A stretch of DNA of 32,000 bases from positions 600,001 through 632,000 of the forward strand of contig NC_022359.1 of the NCBI RefSeq assembly GCF_000354175.2. The letters are read 5' to 3'. The notes below the pieces were generated by a model. That model saw only the letters and a program-made list of their open reading frames with translations, made no database searches and was not told the origin of the DNA. Positions within the stretch are counted from its first letter, which is position 1; each line of letters opens with the position of its first letter. The DNA is from Vibrio alginolyticus NBRC 15630 = ATCC 17749. GTDB taxonomy: Bacteria; Pseudomonadota; Gammaproteobacteria; Enterobacterales; Vibrionaceae. The position numbers were made by a program, and so were the translations under genes. This document shows positions 25,782 to 32,000 of this stretch, piece after piece.

Positions 25782-26957
25782 ATGAAACTCAATAAAAAAT
25801 GGCTCGTTTTGTGTAGCCTACTTGCTATTGGTGCTGGTGGTTATCATTATCTGCAACGTCCAGAACCCATTTTTTCTTACGCGACAGAAGTCGTTCGCAA
25901 AGGCAATATCGAAAAGGCGGTATTAGCCAACGGCATGTTGCAAGCGTCCAAATTGGTGAATGTAGGTGCGCAAGTATCTGGGCAAATTCAACGCCTCGCT
26001 GTGAACTTAGGGGATGAGATCAAACAGGGGGACTTGATTGCACAGATTGACAGCCTGACTCAGCAAAACAGCCTCAAAGAAGCCCAAGCGTCTCTTAATA
26101 GTCTCAACGCTCAGTACCAGGCTAAGCAAGCGCAGATTAAACAAGCAAACTATGAATACGTGCGCCAAAAAGGCATGTTGGCAGCGAAAGCGAGCTCACG
26201 AGCTGATTACGAGAATGCCGAAGCGACGCTCGCCATCTACAAAGCCGAGTTAGCGCAACTGGATGCCGAAATCGAGAAAGCCAAAATCAACGTCGACAAT
26301 GCGCAGTTAGATCTCGGTTACACCACCATCAACGCACCGATGGATGGCACGGTGGTCTACACCGCGGTGGAAGAAGGACAAACCGTAAACGCCAATCAAA
26401 CCACGCCAACTATTATCGAGTTAGCCAAGTTAGATACGATGACGGTGAAAGCCGAAATTTCGGAAGCCGATGTGATTTTTGTTCACCCAGGCCAAACGGC
26501 GCTGTTCACCATTTTAGGCAAACCGAATCAGCAGTTTAAAGGCACATTGCGCGCCATTGAGCCGGGGCCAACCATCATGGATGGCGATGACAGCGATTTG
26601 AGCATTTCAGATAGCGACGCCATTTACTACAACGCTGTATTTGATGTGAAGAACCCGCAAGGTATTTTGCGCATCGGCATGACTGCGCAAGTTTCGATTG
26701 TCCTTGAGCAATCGGAAAATACCTTGATTGTCCCTTCACAAGTCCTGCAAAAATCTGGCGGCAAAGGCAACTATACCGTGCCAGTGCTTGAACAGGGCCA
26801 AGTGGTGCAAAAGCCCGTGACAGTGGGTATCAACAACAAAGTGAACGCAGAAATTCTCTCAGGTTTGAAGGAAGGCGACCAAGTTGTTCTTGGCAATGCT
26901 ATGGATGGAGAATCATCAAGCCGAGGTGATCGTCGTCGACCTCCAATGAGGTTCTAA
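25782..26957 (+). CDS. macA: MacA-type periplasmic adaptor (HlyD/MFP family)
   Basis: N-terminal TM anchor, coiled-coil hairpin, lipoyl/beta-barrel motifs ([10 protein letters not shown]), and 1-nt spacing to the macB-like gene. Confidence 0.85.
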   Translation: MKLNKKWLVLCSLLAIGAGGYHYLQRPEPIFSYATEVVRKGNIEKAVLANGMLQASKLVNVGAQVSGQIQRLAVNLGDEIKQGDLIAQIDSLTQQNSLKEAQASLNSLNAQYQAKQAQIKQANYEYVRQKGMLAAKASSRADYENAEATLAIYKAELAQLDAEIEKAKINVDNAQLDLGYTTINAPMDGTVVYTAVEEGQTVNANQTTPTIIELAKLDTMTVKAEISEADVIFVHPGQTALFTILGKPNQQFKGTLRAIEPGPTIMDGDDSDLSISDSDAIYYNAVFDVKNPQGILRIGMTAQVSIVLEQSENTLIVPSQVLQKSGGKGNYTVPVLEQGQVVQKPVTVGINNKVNAEILSGLKEGDQVVLGNAMDGESSSRGDRRRPPMRF

Positions 26958-26958
26958 G

Positions 26959-28923
26959 ATGAGTGACGTGCTTTTAAAAGTTGAGGATTTAACTCGACGT
27001 TTCGTCTCTGGAGACGAGTCGCTTACCGTGTTGAACCACATTAATTTAGAGATAAAACGCGGTGAAATGGTCGCGATCGTGGGTGCATCAGGCTCAGGTA
27101 AATCGACGCTGATGAATGTGCTCGGCTGCTTGGATAAACCGTCCAGCGGTCGATACTTCATTAATGGGCAAGATGTCTCGACGTTGGAATCTGATCAACT
27201 GGCGGAACTGCGCCGCGAGTATTTTGGCTTTATATTCCAGCGTTACCATTTGCTGGGGGACTTAACCGCGGTGGCAAACGTGGAAGTACCTGCGGTTTAC
27301 GCGGGAGTTCCTCATCGTCAAAGAACGGAGCGAGCGCAGTCGTTATTGGCTCGCTTAGGGCTGGAAGATCGTTTGACTCACAAGCCCAGCCAGCTGAGTG
27401 GTGGCCAGCAACAGCGCGTGAGTGTTGCTCGTGCACTGATGAACGGTGGTGAGGTGATTCTCGCTGATGAGCCCACTGGTGCATTAGACAGTCACAGCGG
27501 GCAAGAGATGATGGCACTTCTTAGAGAGTTACATCAACTTGGGCATACGATCATCATAGTGACTCATGATATGAACGTGGCGAACTTTGCGGATCGCATC
27601 ATTGAAATCAAAGATGGTGAAATCATTGCAGATACGCCAAATGCACAAGTTGTAATCAATGAGCAAGCAGCAAAGACACCGAGCGCGTCTTTTCATCGCC
27701 CAGCGCAAGCCGCCAGTAAGTGGTGGAAGTGGGACAGTTTTATTGACGCGCTCAAAATGGCGCTGCTAGCGATGTCTAGCCACAGAATGCGCACGTTTTT
27801 GACCATGCTCGGCATCATTATTGGTATAGCCTCGGTGGTTTCCGTGGTGGCACTAGGTAATGGTTCACAACAGCAAATTTTGTCGAATATTTCATCCATG
27901 GGAACAAACACCATTGATGTCAGGCCGGGCAAAGGGTTTGGTGACCGCCGCTCCGGACGAGTGAAAACGCTAACCGCCGACGATGCTAAATCGTTGGAGA
28001 GTCTACCTTTTGTCGACAGTGTCACGCCGTCTTTATCCAACAGCTTAACCGTGCGTTACGCCAATCAGGATGCAACCGCGTCTGTGGAAGGGGTTGGGGA
28101 AGATTATTTCCGTGTGCGCGGTTATGAGATCGCCAAAGGTCAGTTTTGGGATGAAGAGAGCGTGAACTCACTCGCCCAAGAAGCAGTGATTGATGACAAC
28201 ACCAGAAAGGAAATGTTTGCGGATAGAAATCCTATTGGTGAAGTGATTTTTCTTGGTTCATTGCCAGTGCGTATTGTGGGTGTCACGCAGAAAAAAGAAG
28301 ACGCGTTTGGCAACAGCGACGCGCTGAAAATTTGGGTGCCATACACCACCATGTCGGGACGAATGATGGGACAACGCTACCTCAACGGCATTACTGTACG
28401 GATTGATGAGAACGCCCCAAGCGCAGCGGTAGAACAGAGCATCATCAACTTGTTAAAAATGCGCCACGGTACAGAAGATTTCTTCACGATTAACACTGAC
28501 ACCATTCGTCAGAGCATCGAGAAAACCACCGCAACCATGACGTTACTGATCTCAGCGATTGCGGTGATCTCCCTAATTGTCGGGGGAATTGGCGTAATGA
28601 ACATCATGTTGGTGTCGGTGACAGAGCGCACGAAAGAGATCGGTGTGCGAATGGCTGTGGGTGCGCGGCAAGCGGATATTTTGCGTCAGTTTTTGATTGA
28701 AGCGGTACTAGTGTGTTTGTGTGGTGGCATTGCTGGTATTGGCTTGGCGTTTTTGATTGGTTTTGCATTCAGTACATCTGGCAGCAGCTTCCAAATGATT
28801 TACTCGATGAACTCGATCATCTGGGCGTTTATTTGCTCAACGTTGATTGGCATCGCTTTCGGCTTTTTACCTGCTCGTAATGCCGCCAAACTCGATCCGA
28901 TAGAAGCGCTAGCGAGAGACTAA
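26959..28923 (+). CDS. macB: MacB-type ABC transporter (fused ATPase + FtsX-like permease)
   Basis: Walker [10 protein letters not shown], signature LSGGQQQR, Walker B ILADEPT, then a 4-TM permease with a large periplasmic loop. Confidence 0.9.
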   Translation: MSDVLLKVEDLTRRFVSGDESLTVLNHINLEIKRGEMVAIVGASGSGKSTLMNVLGCLDKPSSGRYFINGQDVSTLESDQLAELRREYFGFIFQRYHLLGDLTAVANVEVPAVYAGVPHRQRTERAQSLLARLGLEDRLTHKPSQLSGGQQQRVSVARALMNGGEVILADEPTGALDSHSGQEMMALLRELHQLGHTIIIVTHDMNVANFADRIIEIKDGEIIADTPNAQVVINEQAAKTPSASFHRPAQAASKWWKWDSFIDALKMALLAMSSHRMRTFLTMLGIIIGIASVVSVVALGNGSQQQILSNISSMGTNTIDVRPGKGFGDRRSGRVKTLTADDAKSLESLPFVDSVTPSLSNSLTVRYANQDATASVEGVGEDYFRVRGYEIAKGQFWDEESVNSLAQEAVIDDNTRKEMFADRNPIGEVIFLGSLPVRIVGVTQKKEDAFGNSDALKIWVPYTTMSGRMMGQRYLNGITVRIDENAPSAAVEQSIINLLKMRHGTEDFFTINTDTIRQSIEKTTATMTLLISAIAVISLIVGGIGVMNIMLVSVTERTKEIGVRMAVGARQADILRQFLIEAVLVCLCGGIAGIGLAFLIGFAFSTSGSSFQMIYSMNSIIWAFICSTLIGIAFGFLPARNAAKLDPIEALARD

Positions 28924-28925
28924 AA

Positions 28926-30314
28926 ATGAGTAACACAATGAAATTCAAAACTCGATTGGTCGCGGCTGCCTTAAGTGCAGTGTGGTTGTCAGGTTGTGGG
29001 TCGCTTATGCGTAGTGACTATCAAGCTCCTGAGGTGCAAGTGCCTGCAAATTGGCAACAGATGCATGTTGCGGGTGATGTCAGTATGGATCCTTGGTGGT
29101 TGGCGTTTAACGACCCAACGCTTAATCAATACATTACTCAGGTGTTGGCTCAAAACAACGATTTGACGCTGGCAACGCTAACGCTAAAGAAAGCGCGTTT
29201 ACAGCTGGGTTTAGCGCAAGATGACCTTTTCCCTACGTTGAGTTCTTCCACATCAGGACAAGTTCAAAAATCTCTTGATAGCGGGGAATCGGCAGATAGC
29301 TACAGCACTAACTTGTCCGTCAATTACGAGTTGGATTTGTGGGGAAAAATCTCGGCAGACGTTGACCAAGCCAAGTGGACGGCGATGGCAAGTCAACAAG
29401 ATCGCGAGGCGACCGCACAAAGTTTGGTGGCAACGACGGCATCGTTATATTGGCAAATCGGCTATCTGAAACAGCGCTTAAACCTCAGTCAGCGTAATGT
29501 GGCAGACGCAGCTCAAACGCTACAATTGATTGAAAAACAGTACCAACTTGGCGCTGTGGATCAGTTAGATGTGCTTGAAGCCAAACGTACGTTGGCAAGC
29601 TTACAAGCGCAGCAAAGTGAGTTTGAACAGAGTTTACTTGAGGCAAACAACGCCTTTGCGATTTTGTTCAATCAACCGCCGAAGAGCATTAGTGTAAACA
29701 TCCAAATGCTGCCTGAAGGCGATATGCCATCGTTGAGTGTTGGTGCTCCGTCTGATTTATTGATCCGCAGACCCGACATTAAAGCAGCGATTTATGAAGT
29801 CAAAGCCGCGCTAGCAAATAAAGACGCAGCAGATTTGGACTACTTGCCCAAGCTGACGCTCACTGGGGCTCTGGGTGGATCATCACAAGCGCTTAAAGAC
29901 CTGCTTTCCAACCCGATTGGCAGCTTAGGTGCGGATATGACGCTACCGTTTTTGCAGTGGAATGAGATGAAAAACAGCCAAGCCATTGCCGATTTAGACT
30001 ATCAATCGGCCATTGTGAGCTATCGCCAAGTGTTGTACGCCGCCTTCCAAGATGTCGAAAATGCCTTGTCAGCACGAGAAAAATTGAAGTATCAAGCGGC
30101 GCGTTTACAAGAACAATATGATGCCGCAAGTGCCGCTGAGTCCATTTATGCTGCGCGGTATCAGTATGGCTCGACATCGATCATGGACTATTTGAATGCC
30201 CAAGAAGACACCAGAAACGCACAAGCTTCTTTGTTGGAGAACCGCTACAACCAGTTTCTCACTCAGGTTACGCTTTACCAGTCTTTAGGAGGAACCGACG
30301 TTGCGCCGTTGTAA
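28926..30314 (+). CDS. NodT/OprM-family outer-membrane efflux lipoprotein
   Basis: Lipobox LSGC, two OEP repeats, and tight coupling to the macB stop codon. Confidence 0.85.
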   Translation: MSNTMKFKTRLVAAALSAVWLSGCGSLMRSDYQAPEVQVPANWQQMHVAGDVSMDPWWLAFNDPTLNQYITQVLAQNNDLTLATLTLKKARLQLGLAQDDLFPTLSSSTSGQVQKSLDSGESADSYSTNLSVNYELDLWGKISADVDQAKWTAMASQQDREATAQSLVATTASLYWQIGYLKQRLNLSQRNVADAAQTLQLIEKQYQLGAVDQLDVLEAKRTLASLQAQQSEFEQSLLEANNAFAILFNQPPKSISVNIQMLPEGDMPSLSVGAPSDLLIRRPDIKAAIYEVKAALANKDAADLDYLPKLTLTGALGGSSQALKDLLSNPIGSLGADMTLPFLQWNEMKNSQAIADLDYQSAIVSYRQVLYAAFQDVENALSAREKLKYQAARLQEQYDAASAAESIYAARYQYGSTSIMDYLNAQEDTRNAQASLLENRYNQFLTQVTLYQSLGGTDVAPL

Positions 30315-30370
30315 TTAGGGGTCAGCACACACTAGCGAAGCGCCATGCAACAAAGCTTTTTTTGAAGGTA

Positions 30371-30398
30371 TTACTGGTCCCATGAATGGGACCAGTAA
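30371..30398. terminator. perfect 12-bp hairpin between convergent genes (putative terminator)
   Basis: TTACTGGTCCCA-tgaa-TGGGACCAGTAA. No clean T-tail on either strand, hence moderate confidence. Confidence 0.55.
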
Positions 30399-30410
30399 TA
30401 AAAGCTTAAG

Positions 30411-30953
30411 TTACTTGGCGAACTTCTTGAAAGGTGCATCAACCGGGGTGTCAGCTAGGTGATTGGTGTAGTTACTCATCACTTTTTGCGCTAGACCAAG
30501 AACAATTTCAAGCAGTTGCTGCTGTCCGTAACCCGCCGCAAAGAATTTCTCTATCTGAGACTCTTCAACTACACCACGTTGGCGCACCATTTGAAGCGTT
30601 GTCTCTCGTAGTGTTTCAAGTTTTTCGTCTGCCAATGGTGTTTGGTTGACGAGAGCATCGACAATCTCCTGATCCACTTTCATTGACGCCGCGATCGCAC
30701 TATGAGCAGGAACGCAGTAGTGACAACCATGTTCAACGTTGATGGTTTGCCATACGACGGTCAATTCTTCTGCGTTAAATGATGTTTGTTGAAAGAGCTC
30801 ATGCACAACTTGATAACCCTCAAGCAAGGTTGGCGCTTCAGCCATAACAGCATGAAGGTTTGGTAGCATGCCAAACGCTTTGACTGAATTTTCAATCAGG
30901 TGCTTTGATCCTTCGGGTGCGTTTTCTGCGGTATACAGTTTAAATTCTGCCAT
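30411..30953 (-). CDS. carboxymuconolactone decarboxylase / AhpD-like family protein
   Basis: 180 aa with the CxxC-type motif CHYCVPAH that is characteristic of AhpD-like alkylhydroperoxidase folds. Confidence 0.75.
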   Translation of the reverse strand: MAEFKLYTAENAPEGSKHLIENSVKAFGMLPNLHAVMAEAPTLLEGYQVVHELFQQTSFNAEELTVVWQTINVEHGCHYCVPAHSAIAASMKVDQEIVDALVNQTPLADEKLETLRETTLQMVRQRGVVEESQIEKFFAAGYGQQQLLEIVLGLAQKVMSNYTNHLADTPVDAPFKKFAK

Positions 30954-31010
30954 GTTTAAATCTCCTGTAATTGGATATGAGCGGATTAGGCAAGAACAGG
31001 ATAGTTGATT

Positions 31011-31049
31011 TTGAGCGGTCGCTCAATATAAAATTGAGCATATGTTCAA
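31011..31049. promoter_or_regulatory. two inverted repeats TTGAGC-N4-GCTCAA; candidate TetR operators in the divergent promoter region
   Basis: TTGAGCGGTCGCTCAA (31011-31026) has perfect 7-bp arms. TTGAGCATATGTTCAA (31034-31049) has one arm mismatch. Confidence 0.6.
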
Positions 31050-31064
31050 AATTGATAATTGCTC

Positions 31065-31664
31065 ATGGCGAATACAAAGAAATTCCAACGTGATGAAGTG
31101 GTGAAAGCCGCCTCGGATCTATTCTGGAAGAAAGGTTTTCATGCAACATCTACACGTGATTTACAAGATAGCGTGAATCTGCGTCCTGGAAGTATTTATG
31201 CGACGTTTGGGTCAAAAGAGGGGCTATATTGTGAAGCGCTAAAAATGTACGTTGCGAACTTGCAAGCCCTGTTTGAGTTGCATTTAGCTCAGAACACAAC
31301 GGTTCTAGATGCAATAGAAGCTTTCGCGATTGATGTGGTTATCAATCAGCGAGACTCCAATCCCAGTGAAGTGTGCATGTTAGTCAAATCAGCAAGTGAA
31401 TTTGCTGAGGATTTTAATGCGCTGCGCAATCAAACAATCAGCTTAGCAAACCAATTTGAATCTTTTCTTGCAAAGCTGTTTGAGCGAGCAATCGAGAATG
31501 GCGAAATTGAAGCCCAGGATACATTGCTTCTTGCTCAGTTGTTCCAGGTTCAGTTTACGGGTATACGAGCCTACTCATACCGCAGTGATGATGTAACCTT
31601 AAAGACGTTGATCTCTATTATGGTGGACAGCTTCCGCGGTAACGTACCAAAAACAGAAAGCTGA
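31065..31664 (+). CDS. TetR/AcrR-family transcriptional regulator
   Basis: N-terminal TetR HTH (AASDLFWKKGFHATSTRDLQDSVNLRPGSIYATFGSKEGLY). I prefer ATG 31065 over the track's TTG at 31059. Confidence 0.85.
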   Translation: MANTKKFQRDEVVKAASDLFWKKGFHATSTRDLQDSVNLRPGSIYATFGSKEGLYCEALKMYVANLQALFELHLAQNTTVLDAIEAFAIDVVINQRDSNPSEVCMLVKSASEFAEDFNALRNQTISLANQFESFLAKLFERAIENGEIEAQDTLLLAQLFQVQFTGIRAYSYRSDDVTLKTLISIMVDSFRGNVPKTES

Positions 31665-31751
31665 ATGAGGCTGCTCAAAGTCAACGTCTCTAAATCAACG
31701 GCTTGAAGTAAGTGAGCTCAAATAAAACCGTTATCGGGGTTCGATATCGAT

Positions 31752-31785
31752 AAAAAATGACCACGAAGCATCGTGGTCATTTTTA
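31752..31785. terminator. bidirectional rho-independent terminator
   Basis: AAAAA-ATGACCACGA-agca-TCGTGGTCAT-TTTT lies between convergent genes. Confidence 0.8.
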
Positions 31786-31819
31786 TGCAGATTAATTTGC
31801 AATGAACAACAACGGCTTA

Positions 31820-32000
31820 TTAAAAGCGAAACTCTTCTAAGTTATTGCTGCTTTCTAACATTTTTTCAGCCACATAACGATGCGTTGCTGTGGTTGGGTG
31901 AGTCACATCCCAGAACACGAACTTATCTGCGCCAGATGCTGCACATTCAGAACGTAATGAGTGAGTGTACATGTAGTCAACAGAGGATGAACGGTTGATG
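31820..32000 (-). CDS. tlh: 3' end of a GDSL/SGNH lipase, thermolabile-hemolysin/lecithinase-like (partial; continues beyond the window)
   Basis: My own minus-strand translation is ...INRSSSVDYMYTHSLRSECAASGADKFVFWDVTHPTTATHRYVAEKMLESSNNLEEFRF*. FWDVTHPT is the SGNH block V DxxH motif, and the tail resembles Vibrio TLH/LDH as I recall it. Confidence 0.7.
   Translation of the reverse strand, partial: INRSSSVDYMYTHSLRSECAASGADKFVFWDVTHPTTATHRYVAEKMLESSNNLEEFRF

Noticed and set aside
1-32000. I looked for CRISPR arrays, integron attC/VCR repeats, IS elements or transposases, integrases, tRNA and rRNA genes.
   Set aside because: None found. There are no regularly spaced repeats of 28-37 bp, no VCR-like 120-bp repeats, no DDE or tyrosine-recombinase-like ORFs, and no rRNA-like sequence.

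Overview
The window looks like a Vibrio chromosomal segment, probably from the Harveyi clade. Two markers support this: a Qrr quorum-regulatory sRNA and the 3' end of a tlh-like GDSL hemolysin gene. This is inference, since no database search was possible. I support about 35 protein genes, and most are ordinary housekeeping or accessory functions. These are: a NupC nucleoside transporter, an AlkB-family dioxygenase, two GGDEF diguanylate cyclases, and a translationally coupled cryptochrome-DASH / FeS-BCP photolyase-like / SDR operon. Next to that operon lie a 48-aa DUF2256-like ORF that the ORF track missed, an exported MsrAB and OsmC. The remainder are Maa, a WYL/YafY regulator, a LysR regulator, YjjG, a NUDIX hydrolase, YaaI-like and YtfJ proteins, an alpha-carbonic anhydrase, FadL, a MacA-MacB-NodT efflux operon, and a divergent AhpD-like/TetR pair. 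The main non-coding feature is a Qrr sRNA (5345-5451, +) with a sigma54 promoter and an exact LuxO-type site upstream. The most unusual region is an AT-rich islet at about 15.5-17.9 kb. It encodes a 332-aa protein built from a decapitated LysM module, a Pro-rich linker and a Gly/Ala-rich hydrophobic C-terminus. The stop of that gene overlaps the start of a 126-aa polytopic membrane protein, and a roughly 60%-identical 128-aa paralog lies upstream. I read this as a candidate pore-forming toxin/immunity module with an extra orphan immunity gene, and this is unverified. I saw no CRISPR array, transposase, integrase, tRNA or rRNA.
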